DNA of 63,939 bases, filler included, from Basidioascus undulatus (Eukaryota), in the NCBI GenBank assembly GCA_000826855.1. It is 18 parts of 18 records of this genome, joined end to end, with 100 filler letters (N's around TTAATTAATTAA, not from the genome) between each part and the next. Parts side by side here need not be neighbours in the genome. Positions count along the whole stretch, not along the records: positions 4,888 to 27,753 come from JTLS01000281.1; positions 27,854 to 30,196 come from JTLS01002809.1; 16 more parts are not named here. One strand, 5' to 3'. Shown in pieces: positions 11,485 through 28,972 of the stretch (within the stretch, counting starts at the first letter, position 1; each line of letters opens with the position of its first letter). Under the pieces are notes generated by a model, which saw only the letters and a program-made list of their open reading frames with translations, was not told the origin of the DNA and made no database searches. The position numbers were made by a program, and so were the translations under genes.

Positions 11485-12504
11485 GATTTGGACGCGGTTG
11501 GGCCTGGGGAGGTCGAAGACGCAGGCTGGAACCGCACAACGGCTTTCATTTCGAAAGCTTCATGTCGCCTTCCAGACGTCTCCCCCTGTACAGTTTCCCA
11601 TGATCATCTCTCGGATATCTCAAAGTGACATTGACGCTCGCTATCGCATGGCGCGTCTCCCGCGGGCAGCATTACATAGGTGCTGGCGTCTGCTTGTCTG
11701 CTTCTGCACCATTTGGCGTTTTGCGTCCTGCTTCTTTTCTGGTACCTCCGACCTCCTTTGATTTTCACTGTTACCAGTGTGAAGGTCGCAGTGCCTTTCT
11801 TCCGAAGCGCAACCGAACGGGAGGGCCTCGATGGCCGACAGTTCGACAAGGGGCCAGCCGGCTAACTTGAGAATAAGTTGGTACCGCGATGCCTGAAACC
11901 CCTTTCACAGCCCTGTTTTTTTAAAAAGGAAATGTGCGGTTGAAGGGCATCTCCGCTTTCTGCCGCTGCTCGGAGAGGCCTCTGCGCTGCGAGCTGGCTT
12001 GAAACGAACGTTTCCTTTCTCCCCTCCATCTCCTCCCCGTTCCGTACTTGGCCAGACTTACCCCTTCGACCCACTTCAAGTCCTCATTCTTGTCACAATA
12101 ATGGCTCCTTCAAAGCAGGCCCCGGCACCCTCATCGCTGACGACGCAGCCCACCCAGCTGCTAACGCTCATCGCCTCGCACCTGCCCTCCCCCTCACTCT
12201 CGGCGCTCTCCAGACCTGCAGCGCCCTGCGCTTCCTCCTCACTCCCACACTGTAACAGCGCGTGTCCCCCTACTCCCTCAGCACCACGCACGCATTCATC
12301 GACACGCTCTCCTCGCGCCCCTCCCTCGGCGTGCACCGATGACAAAGCGTTGCGCCAATCTTTTACCCGATAATGAGCGTAGCATACAGCCGTGTACGCG
12401 CCAAAAGCTAAAGCAACAGCAACATCTCAACATCCGGTCAAACTCATTGAAAGCACCATCTCAAAAAGCAAAAGTCAAAAGTCCATAACTATTCCACGGA
12501 AGGC

Positions 12505-15116
<2,612 letters not shown>

Positions 15117-16399
15117 TACTGGCGGTGGGTCGGGCGATGGTGATGGTGCAGAACACAGAGGCGGCCCGTCAGAAGCGAAGCGATATGCCGTGGACGCCGA
15201 GCGCGGGAAAGCCGCAGGTGCGATCACGGACGAATGGCGAACGTTTGCCAAACATGAAACGCTGGACATGTGCACCCTCATTTACACTCTCATTATACAT
15301 TTAATTTCGAGCAGATTTTTTGCCGGCAATACTAACACGCCAGCGATTCAATACCAGCTTCTGACAGTCTGTATGTCAAACAGCTGGCGTCGAGTGCGGA
15401 CCGGAACCTCCGGCGGAACGTCCTGAAAAGCCTGATGCGAAACTGCGAGCAGCTCGTTCTTTCACGCAGTTTGAGGTTTGTCGTGCACATCTCGAAATCG
15501 ATAGGCAACATCTCTTACTGTTCATGAAATGGTTTGCATGGAGTCGATGCTAAGAGTGATAGACTAGGTATCATACACTCTTCGCACCCGGCACGCCGAA
15601 AGTCAGCTCGATAACTACCCGAGACTTGACCACTCACCTACTGCTCCTCATAGAAAAGCTTGACACAGTAATGTAAGCGGTGGAACTCACTGCAATGTGG
15701 CAACGGCTGTGCAAGGCAGGGGGAAATGGGAGGGCGTTCATCATGGTTTCTCGGAAGATTAAACTGAGACGGTGACGGTAATCATCAGAATCTGGTTTTA
15801 TTGAGCCTCCACAAACCAGAACTAGGATAGATAGGTTTATTGAAGCGTGTGGAATTGTGCTCCGAGGAGCCATGTATGCACGGAACAAGTGTCCGTCCAG
15901 GTACAGTAGTGATTGGGACACATGTATGCGCGTATTTGCGGTGTACGTATTATCGGCTATCTGTGTTGCAATGAAAAGATCCTCGGGAACCACCAGTGCC
16001 ATCACTCATCTCTAGGAAAAGGAACATTCCCGGACAGGCTATAGGCGCAAGATGGAGGAGCAAGGGTCATAAGCAGGCCTGCAGAAGCACTTCGTTGCCA
16101 ACAAGAGCGAGTCGAGCGAATTCTCGCTTTTGTACCGCTTGTCCGCCTTATCCGCGGTATCCGCTACATTTCCCGCCCAATATCGTCCGTGCTGTCCTTG
16201 TCCTCTCTCCTCGACTTTACAGCTGTCTCCTCGACCCCGCCACCATCAATCTTGCTACTGATCTACAATCTCCCCCCTATTCGTCCGTGCAGACGTTGAT
16301 TCTCGCTTTTATCCGCTATGCAACCGACGCCAACGACTTCAACAGGGACGTCCAGCCCAGCTTGAGCGGTGAGCCGGTCCTTCCCCTTATAGCAGGATT

Positions 16400-16994
16400 T
16401 TATGTCCAGGAAATGACCTTCGCACTCATCCTCCATTTGCCGTTCTCGCAGCCGCGTCACTTCAGCAGATCCAGGAACTTTTTCAGGCTACCGTGGCTCC
16501 GATCCACAACCAACTGGTTCCGATCAACAACCAGCTGGCCGCCTCGCTCTCTAACGTCAATTTTGAGTTCCCCAATACCTTCTGCGACTTTGACGCTAGG
16601 GTCATAGTAGACAAGGCAGCCAGTCCGCTTATGATGTTGTCGCTCTTTCTCGCTTTTTTGCCGGACAGGTCGAGAACGGCAACAAAGCGAAGCGGCGGCA
16701 GAGCAACTACGTTCGCGTCCTGAAAGCGCAGCTCCAGACACTCCCTGCGGTGCGTAAACGTTCCTTTCAATCATGCTGGTGTTGTGGGGTTCGCGACTGA
16801 TAAGAGCTCGACGGATACAGGCAGGTTTGCGCCGAGAACCCGATCACGAGCGAGGATGCCCTCTTTCTGCTCGACCCCGTCGCGCTCGGCGCCTGGTGCA
16901 ACTACTACGGCCTCTTGCCCGACCCGGCGCCGTGACGGCGCAGCAGCAGCGCCAGGCCTACCTCGGGGGGTTGCTGAGCGCTATTGGTGTCTGA
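16400..16994 (+). pseudogene. Frameshifted small gene resembling Mug135/DUF1773-like proteins
   Basis: Heptad repeat PIHNQLV-PINNQLA, then ENPITSEDALFLLDPVALGAWCNYYGLLP, frameshift, GAVTAQQQRQAYLGGLLSAIGV*. The family call is by eye only. Confidence 0.4.
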
Positions 16995-17961
16995 TCAGAG
17001 TGACGAGCTTGTTCGGTGTTGTCTCCTCCTTTGTCCTTTTTGTGCATTGTTGATACCCCTTGTCATGCAAAGTTCTTATCCGAGCCGTCGATCTTTTGGT
17101 TGATGCGTGCGAGAGAGAAAGGCTGACCTTCCTTGTGAGAAGCTCGATAACATCGTGAACGAAAGACCGGCAGCTTGAAGTACAAGCCATGATTGGCTAG
17201 TCTGGAAGAAGCAGGTTTTCGCGACACCTGCTAGCGACACACCGGTACCCTGACGAGCCTGATTTGCAGATGCAGACGAGCTGCCCTGTCAACACCCGGA
17301 GGGAAAAATGAAACCACTCGGAGCCAATATGCGGCGAGCGTAGGATGTTGGTGCAGTGGCACGTCGATACTGCATGCCAGGGGTGATATCGATGAATTCG
17401 AGCAACACACGATACCGCGCGGCATAGAAGTGCCGGTCCAATTCCTTCCCATGTAGACATCCCAACGAGCGTGACGCTTCCCCCTGACCTTTCCAGTCGA
17501 AAAAGACACGCACAGCGCAGCGTGTCCATTCAACTGTCTTTCAGAGTCCTCAACACAATGCATATCGCTGCTTCCCTCTCGTTGGACAGCGTTCTCAAGG
17601 TCATCGGGTGGGGGGACGGGCAGAAGAGGCAGAGGCAGAGTAATGACATGTACAATGTGCGGCAAGAGGTGTGTGCGATACGGGCTGAGTGGGGATTTTG
17701 GTTGCGATGCGACGAATCAATGAAAAAAAAGATGCGAGTTTGGAGAAAAAGGTGTAAAACGGATGGGAGGGTAGGTGGAACGCAGCACAGGCGGGATGGT
17801 CTATGAGTACTGTTAGGCCAGACAGGGGTCAGCACGCAGCTCAGCCAGCGAGGGAGATAGGATGGGGATGGACGGCGGACCAATAAAAGCACATGACGGT
17901 CATTATCCGAGAAAAAACAAAAGCCCCCCCTTCAACGAGAACGATCGACGACGACAGCCCT

Positions 17962-20775
<2,814 letters not shown>

Positions 20776-20994
20776 GGCTGCGGTGTTGCGATGCTATGCG
20801 CAACGGCGAGGACGGTATGTGCGGTGGCGGGGACGACGGGTCGAACGGTGCCCAGAGGCGAGAGAAGGCGGAAGCGAGAAGGTGAGAGTGCAAAGACGAC
20901 CAAGTCGATCGAGAAAAAGAGACTGCCCCCCCGCTTGTCGGCCGGCCCAGACGGACGTCACTCGCGCAAAGCCGATGCTGGCCAGCGCTTGTTT

Positions 20995-21019
20995 GTTCTC
21001 CTGCTTTCCGGGCCTTTCT
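20995..21019 (-). promoter_or_regulatory. Step-type heat-shock element upstream of SSC1
   Basis: TTC at 20996, 21006 and 21016 gives GAA-N7-GAA-N7-GAA on the gene strand, about 220 bp upstream of the ATG. Confidence 0.55.
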
Positions 21020-22446
21020 CTTGCTTTTTTGCTCAACTTTTGCCACTCAGTTTCTTAGCTCTGGGAGTGTATGTAATATAGAAAGGTCCTGCAAAAATAC
21101 TCGGCTCGATATCCTTCTGCGGTCGACCATGCCATCTGCATGAAGCGGGTTCCCAAAGCTGACTTTTCAGATTCCCGATCCCGCGGTGCAAATTTCAGAG
21201 CCGACGCAGCCTGTTGCAGTCCAGTTCTGCAAAAAAAAAACCTGTTCTTCAGTCCGTGTATCCGGCTTCTTAAGGCCTCCGCTTGGTGCTAGGGGATAGG
21301 ATGACTTACTGTACTGGAAGCGGGCGACCAAAAGTAGGGTGTTCGCTCATGTCCGGCATCACCACCAGAGACAGTCCAATATTTGTGGCTAGAGGTTGAT
21401 TACCTTAAACTTCATCTTCAAATAAGTCTGGGCTAAGTAGTCTCTCTTATGGCATGAAAGGGAAATACTGTCCTTAAACAGATTACAGATGTATGTAACC
21501 TTGACCACGCTGACACGTCCTCGACCGACCACTGTCTGACGACCTTCGTCAGCTCTTCATTCCTACGTATAGTCTTTGAATAGGGTCCTCATCATCTAAC
21601 CGCTGCTCGGCCGTACCTTTAAACCCCGATGCTTCACAGGTGGTCTAAGACAGTGACTCTTAGGGGACCGGAAAGTTAAGGGAGACTGCAGAGTCGCTAC
21701 GGATAGTGTCCCCGGAGCGCTCGACGTCCGGCAAGATCTTACATTGTCAGTCGGAAATTTTGGCGTAAAGATTGTCTGTGAATCTGAAGCGAAGCATGTA
21801 CCTTAGCAACATCGGCAGTACTTCACACGGCTTGACAATGACCCACGAATGCCTGCAGGCTGAAGAATACCCATTTCCGGTTCAATAAATCCAATTGGCA
21901 CCTCATAGACTATTGACAGCCGGCTTGCTGAGGAAGTAGGCGATGGGAGCCAGAGCAGGTTCGACGACAGACCTGCGCGCTCTTCATGGTTTTCGGCATC
22001 TGCGCCAGACGGTGCTGTATCTTGCCTCGGAGGACCAAAGGAGCTCATGAAAGCAATTTTCTAGGCTTTTATTTCCTACATAATCCAATGACACAGACAC
22101 AGTGCCTGTCATTCTCCGCGTTAGTTCCCCGCAATGACAGTGTCGCTTGGGCGAGGTGCTGCGCTTTCCGTGGCCAGGCCAAAACTTGTTCTCCGGCTGG
22201 ATACAACACAGGTTGATCAGGTTTTTTTGGTCTCCCAATCCAGCAGCGGCCACTCGATCGCTCCGCCTCCTCAACAGCTCGTCTTATGGCGAAGCCATTG
22301 CGCGGTACACATACATCTCTCCGACTGCGACTGAGACTTTTCACAGGTCATGGACTTGTATAGCAAACAACCACATAAATTTCCGTTTTGCGCCTGGATA
22401 ACCCTCGCGTTCCCGCATCACAAGCTTCAGCCAGTCCCACCATTGC

Positions 22447-23199
22447 TCAGCGGGGACCCTCGAGGGTGCGTTGGGAAGGCGCTTCCAGAGATTCTCGCCC
22501 GCCACCGGAAGGGCCAGAGGCAGCTTGCCCACGCGGAGGATCATCAAGCCTGCGCCAACGTATCTTTGCGCCACTCCTGGTCCCAGCCTCTGTGTGAGCT
22601 GCCTCGCTGGCATTGCCTCGAGGCGAAAAGCTGCAATATGGCATACTCTTCTGCCGCGAGGTCTCCAAGTTCTCTAGCACGCACTGCCCCTCATTCTCGA
22701 GGAGCTGCTCGCACGCTTCCCTCATCGGTACGATCCCGTACGCGTTGAGTTCGAAGCGCGGCGGGTCGATGCTGACGGGCAGGAGGTTGATGCGGAGGAC
22801 ACGCTCGAAGGAGTTGGAAGGATTCTTGAGCAGGTCGAGAGCGAGATTGAGGGCGAAGAGGAGGACTTCGTGATGCTTGGTGCTCCACTTGCGGTGCGCC
22901 TTAAGGAGCGGAAGGAAAGGCGCGTTCTGCGGGTCGGCGCGGACAGCTGCGGTCTGCTCGCAGCCGGCCTTATGCTTCGGCCAGTCTGCCCTTTTACTCG
23001 CGGGAGCAGTACGAGACTGTGCGAAGCCCGTGAGACCGTGTGCTTGAATATCCAAATTTGAGTGGGGGTGCGCACCTTTCCGGCGCTTTCCGAAGACCGC
23101 GAACTTGGGTCCATCCGCGGCTGGCGCCGTGAGGCATGTGTAGCAGCGCTTAGTGTCAAGCTTCGGGTTTCTGTAGTCGGCACTGTGGGTCTTTGACAT
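22447..23199 (-). pseudogene. MYND zinc-finger protein pseudogene (copy 1); 3' end approximate
   Basis: CYTC...AVFGKRRK (second CxxC lost)|SYCSRE*, with TAA at 22994-22996 and a frameshift before RADWPKHKAGC. Confidence 0.7.
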
Positions 23200-23770
23200 C
23201 GTGAAGCTGTAGGCAGAAGCCTGCGAGAGGAGGCAAAATGTGGGCACGACATGATGATGGTGCGAGAAGAAGAGGCAGCGGGCGGCGGGCGGCGGCGGAA
23301 ACTGGGAACCGAGGAGCGGGTTCGTCTGCACCGCGTTGCGCTCACCTTGAGCTGGGCGCATTTGCGTATTGAAACCTTGCGGGATATCCCAAGCTGCCCC
23401 TCAGGTGCTTAGAACAGGCAGCACTGTATATATGCTGCTCTGGGCGCACGGCCGTTGAAGAGGCAAGCAGTGGGAAGTCCTAGAGGTGGAACTTATGAGT
23501 GACGGAGAGCTTGGGGATGTGTGAAAACAGGACTGCCGTCGTTTCAGCCCCCATTGTGCTGTACAATACAACCACCCGGAAATCTGATGGCCTTGCTCAC
23601 GAGGCAGCCAGGAGCGGATTTCCCTCCTTGCCCGCCTTGAGAACCTAAAGGCCCACAGGTGTTCATTGTCTCTTTGAGTAGGTTGAGAATTGGGATTTGC
23701 ACAAGCTTCTGTGTAATGAAAGTTGTGAAGCGCCTTCGAGTAGCATTCACCATTACATTTAGCAAGGCCA

Positions 23771-24602
23771 CTACTGCAACTCGTTCAAATCCTTCCACCA
23801 AATCTCCCCATCCATCAACCGTTCGAACCTATCAGGGAAAACATGCTCCTTTGTGAAGGGAAGGTTCCGGCATATTCTGAGCCCGTTGACCCGGAAGAGC
23901 ACCACTGCAATAGCTACGTTGCTGAGGCCTGCAAGTGTGCAATTCGGCCTCAGAAGTCGGATCGTGCATGCTCCAGGATTGGGGATCTTCCTGTTGTCAA
24001 CATAGCTGCTGACTGCATGTACCCCTGTGTATCCAGCATCAGAGGGTTTCATGGTCCAGTAGGTTGGCCAACCCTACATACCGGACTCAGGATAGTCTAT
24101 GGCCCGTTGTCTCAACTCGTGACTCGACCATACAACGCCTTCCCTGTCATCCCTGATGTGGTCCCAGGGCACGACGTCATACGAGACCGGCTGGAAACGA
24201 CGACCGTCCGTGAGGGGGACTGCATCGACGCGAAGAGCTTGGCGGCGCCAGTTGGGTGGGATCGCGGTGTACTCGTAGGCTGACTTCGGCGGCAATGGAA
24301 GACTAAATTGTGCTGGTAGAGGAACTTACACATCGCGCAGACGAGCTACGCATGGCCGGCGTCAATATCGCAGCACGTTTCCCTGTGTCGCGGCCGGTCT
24401 GCGATCTGACACTCTCGCGAGCAGTAGGCGACTGGGACATAGACTCAGTGACTGTGTTGTGGACAGCGAAGAGAGTTGCGCCGGTGTGCGTACCTGCTTC
24501 ACACCGGGCACAGATTCGGGGCTTCCCCCCATCTGGCCTCGAGGACAAGGCACATTTATGGCAGGTGCGGGTAGTACTCGGACTAGCGATGGTGGTAGCC
24601 AT
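23771..24602 (-). pseudogene. MYND zinc-finger protein pseudogene (copy 2); 3' end approximate
   Basis: CHKC..KPRICARCEA|VAYCSRECQIADRPRHRETC, then an in-frame TAG at 24346-24348. The conserved W is changed to R. Confidence 0.7.
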
Positions 24603-26806
24603 GAAGGTGTGGATCCGTTTAGTGGTGGACGGCGAGATTGTGGGAGGTTAAGCGCTCAGGGCGGAGAGAAGAAACGAAATAAGCAGCACACCGAAGCAAA
24701 CCGAAGGGCACGCAACATGAAGGCGCACCAAGGCGCACGTTGCGGCACGCAGCACAGCGCAGCACCTAGGCCTTTTTCTAGGTTATGCGGGGTGTTTCAG
24801 AGTTCGGTGTGTGGCTGCACTGCAAGAGCTTTGGTGTGCGGACAGCAATTGACTTCGCGATAGAGAAGCCAGGGACTGAGGACAGCAGAATTGTTTGATT
24901 GGCTAGAACGTCGTCTGTTCACCGTCCGTCACGCAAAAGCTGACTTTGATGGCCCGTCTTACTTTTCAGTAGCCATAAATTGGTGGTGACTGCAGAGAGT
25001 ATATGATGGGGAGCCTGTGGGTGTTCTATGGACAGGAATGCCCTTGCAACCAGTTCTTAATGCGTCCCAGGTCTCCACAAAGATTGACCCAATAGATTCA
25101 CATTCACGCTCGCTGCACGCACTTCCCATAGAGTGTTCCTTACTGCTAGAATATTTTTCGAGAGCCGTTGTCTGATGGAGTGGGATCGCTCTGCAAGGTG
25201 ACAACCGCAACGTACAGTGTAGGACGAAAACGCGAACGGGTCCACTGGCAGCATGAGCTTTCAAAACGGGGACGTCCGCAATGAAATTCAAAGTTATACA
25301 TTGAACGAAATAGCCTTTCCAAGTACAGGGTCCGGCTCAGAGCTGCAAGAAATAGTCGACGAAGAAGCCCGTGGACGACTATTGAAACTCTCTCAAACGG
25401 CCCGGTGAATGTTCCGCGCGACCCACCTGCCACATGACTTCGAATATCCTGGGAGTAATCCAGACATGGGATGTTAATCTAGATTCTGAAAGATCCCGTC
25501 GCTTCGCTTGACCACAAGTTGTAAATCCCTGATTTTTTCAAATTTGAATAATGTGTGGGAGATTTCTGAGCAAAGACATCGCATGACTTGTCAAAACCAT
25601 GTGTGCCGCTCGATGTTGCCTTGTCGCAAAAAAAAGGTCATGCTAGCTAGCTCACTCTAAAAGCGACCGGCCATTGTTATCCTGGAGCAGGAAACCCCAT
25701 GGAGCTTCTCAAATATAGAACACCCTTCAAGTCGAGCGTGGCCAGTCAAAGGCTGTTGATCGACGTCTTCATAGCGCAGCTTAAAGCAACCGATGGACTG
25801 CGGTGTAGTTTGGGTGCTGTATAGACTCTCATTGAATGTTGATCTCCAGGGTTTAGGGAAGGAGCAACAAAGAGTACACGGAAGGTCTGTTCGTGGTCTA
25901 TGTTAGTTGTGCATGCGTGTTTGAGAGCCTTTGTGAGGTATCTGTCAACATCTGGGCATCTTCAGATCAAGTTTTCAGGTTCTCGAATCTTAATCGTTAT
26001 GGCATCATCTAGTAAGGTGGTGCAAGTCGGGCCAGAGGCAGAGGCTGTGTTGACCTCGGGCTTGAAGGCAACTTCACCGAGCACCGAGTCCCTCTGGCAT
26101 GACAAAACTGCGTGAGATGCCTGGCAAGGCTGGGCAGAGTTGGAAAACAGCAGTGATTCTTGTGTACCCCATACTAAGTTGACCATACCTAATATACGTC
26201 TGAGCCAGCCGCATTCCCGACACTCCTTGGATGGCACTCTTAGGCTGGGCTCTTGCGCGGACTCCTTGCGCCTCACCTAACTAACGGAAGGTGCTGAACA
26301 GCAGCGATAGGAATCCAAATGAACTATTCAGTCGGATCTCGCGTTATCCCGAAAAGTACCGCAAGTCTTCCATGTCTCGGAGCAGCAGTTCACCCATGCA
26401 TGCATGTATTGTCCGGGCATCCGCAATTGACCGGTGCCTTGGCAAACGTGACATACGATAGGAAAATGGTGCAAGCAAGCGGACTTTAAAGCCTTGATTA
26501 TCTGTATGCAGCATGGTATTGGGAACAAATGTTGTGTTCGCGAGTCTCGCTGTGAAAAATAACAACGAACTCTGAATCTTGAAGATCGTGCCCACATGTC
26601 CAGGTCCAGGAACGGCGATAACGATAACGAAGTGTGGCCGAATCCGACCGCTCGAGCGGGCGGCGGCCGAGCCTCGGGGAGGGAAGACGCGTCTGCCCGA
26701 GCGCCGAACGGTTCATCTCCTCAGCCGCTCACTTTCTCTTCTTGCATCTTCCCTCTCATCGCTTTCGTTCACTTCACTCTCATTTAATACTCCTGCTGCT
26801 TCCAAA

Positions 26807-27753
26807 ATGCCGACCGAGGGTGGAAGCTTTCGTTATTCCCCATACGGTCAGTTGGGTCGAGTTCTCAGCGGGGATGGCACTCATCCAGCTCGGCCGAGCA
26901 GGTTACAATGACTACCGCGACGGCCCGACGAGGTCGCACGCCCTGGCTTTCCTGATTCTCTTCACGATCTCCACTGTGCTGCAGTACGTGTGCGCTGGGC
27001 TCCGCGCATCCAGGTATGGAGCTCACGTCTTGGAGCCGCTGGTGACAGTGCGGTGCAGGCCGTCTGGCGGAGGACATGGTGGTTGCTCGCCACCATTTTC
27101 TTATGCGGTGTACTAGAGGTGAGTTGAGTTGAGTTGTTTTGGGTGCTGAAGAATTATTTATGCGGATGGACGTGTAGGTTATAGGATGGGCTGGACGTCT
27201 ACAATCATCAACAGACGTGCGAAATGTCACGGCGTATCTGCAGCAGATCTCCAGCCTGTGAGCAGTTGCCCTGCCTGCTTCCGTACGCCTCTTGCTGACA
27301 ACTTACTTGGTTGGCGGAACAGCATTTTGGGGCCCTGCTTCTTGACCGCAATGGTAATGCTGATCTCATCTTATCGTCCCTATTTTCACCCGACGCTCAA
27401 CTGCGAACGCAGGACTACATCCTCCTTGGCCTCATCATCAAGCACAACGGCGTGCGCTACTCCCGACTGGGGCCTAAGTGGGTAAACAGGCTTCCTCTCA
27501 TTTTCTCACCTTCGAGTTCATAGGCCTCTTATCTCCTGCTACACGCGCAGTACGGTATCATCTTCATCTGCTCCGACCTTCTCGCCATCATTGTGCAGGC
27601 CATCGGTAAATCTCGTCGCTCTCTTCCCAAGAAACACAACGACTAACTTTCTCTTGTCCTCAGGCGGTGGCATGGCGAGTGTAGCCGCGCAGTCCGACGA
27701 CCCGAACGCAGACCCCGAAGTCGGCGGTCACGTCGTGCGTCCGCCCCTCCCCC
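26807..27753 (+). CDS. RTA1/Rsb1-like lipid-translocating exporter family membrane protein, 3' truncated
   Basis: SPYGY..AFLILFTISTVLHAVQA..CGVLE|VIGWAGR..QQISSL|ILGPCFLTAM|DYILLGLII..YSRLGPKW|YGIIFICSDLLAIIVQAIG|GGMAS. Confidence 0.9.
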
Positions 27754-27853
27754 NNNNNNNNNNNNNNNNNNNNNNNNNNNNNNNNNNNNNNNNNNNNTTA
27801 ATTAATTAANNNNNNNNNNNNNNNNNNNNNNNNNNNNNNNNNNNNNNNNNNNN

Positions 27854-28188
27854 GGGGGTTAACAGGGCGAAACCCAACGGGGGAGAGAAGGTCGCCCGCA
27901 ACGCACCATCGGCCCCTCTTCCAACAGGACTCTATTCCGGCGCTGGTCCACGAGCTTGATTGCAGTGACGACGCTCTCGCCGCTGTCCTTGACGCGGTAG
28001 TCCTTGCGGCCAGCGATGAGGCGGACCTCGTCCTTCTGCGCGAGGGTCCACCACTTTACGCGGTCCTTGGGCTGGACGAACGCCGGCCGGTGGACGACGC
28101 GCGGCGAGTAGCGCGGGAAGAAGCGCGACCACGACTCGGACCGGAGGTGCTCCAGCCCGCGCGACATGTGCTTGTTGAAGTGCGCCAT
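27854..28188 (-). CDS. Mitochondrial ribosomal protein uL24 (KOW), 5' part
   Basis: PAFVQPKDRVKWWTLAQKDEVRLIAG..IKLVDQRRNRVLLE matches the fungal uL24m pattern. A GTGCGT donor follows. Confidence 0.7.
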
Positions 28189-28441
28189 CGCTGGCGGTGA
28201 GGAGGAAGAAGCGGGAGGAGCAGGAGGAAGTGGTCGGGCGAAGGGAGAAGACCAAGGGCCGGCGGGATGAGGGCGGGGGAACGCCGATGGTGTTGGAGGG
28301 GGGAATTCATTGACGAGCGCTTGTCGCCGATCCGGGCCTTCTCGCTTCATCCCAATTCACCCTGCACGCTCATCTACCTCAACTTGTGATATTTACTGCA
28401 TCCTCGTATATCCTCTCCTTCATCGAACCCAATCCCCCACT

Positions 28442-28972
28442 ATGTCTCGCCCTCTCCAGCCCGCGCTCGACGCGCTGAAGTCCCTCAACCCCTCCGCCGT
28501 CTCCGCCCTCAAGTCAGTCTTCCTCGCCCTTCCCTCTCGCCTCCTCCCCCTAACCCCCTGCCCCTTCCCACACTCACAGGAAGAAGAACCTCCCCGCCGT
28601 CCTCTCCCGCCTCCCCTCCGGCCCCGTGCGCGGCACGCGCGTCACCCAGCGCAGGTGGCACGCCAAAGGCCTCTCTGTGACGGACGAGGACACGTACTGG
28701 ACCGTCACCCGCACCAAGCTCAACGTCGGTGCGCCGGGCGGGAAGGTGTGGGGGCGGCTTACGTGGAAGTGTGCGTTTCGTCTCCGCTCCTTACATTCCT
28801 GAGAGAGGCAAGGCTGATGTTGGGGGGGGGGCCGACAGGCAAGGATGTCACCAAGGGCGAGGAGGAGCGCGTGAAGGGCGCACTCAAGTTCGATTGGCGC
28901 GTCATTGGCGAGGAGCCCGCGTCCGCACGGGCATCAAGGGAACAGGCTGGGGCAGGGAAGGCGGAGGCATGA
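28442..28972 (+). CDS. Mitochondrial ribosomal protein mS34-like
   Basis: KKNLPAVLSRLP..GTRVTQRRW..DTYWTVTRTKL..GKVWGRLTWK|GK..ERVKGALKFDW. Two GT-AG introns. Confidence 0.75.
   Translation: MSRPLQPALDALKSLNPSAVSALKSVFLALPSRLLPLTPCPFPHSQEEEPPRRPLPPPLRPRARHARHPAQVARQRPLCDGRGHVLDRHPHQAQRRCAGREGVGAAYVEVCVSSPLLTFLREARLMLGGGPTGKDVTKGEEERVKGALKFDWRVIGEEPASARASREQAGAGKAEA

Noticed and set aside
25560..25800. LATLDLKG on the minus strand as a reverse-transcriptase motif
   Set aside because: No accompanying PFG or YxDD motif could be read, which is too little to call a retroelement.
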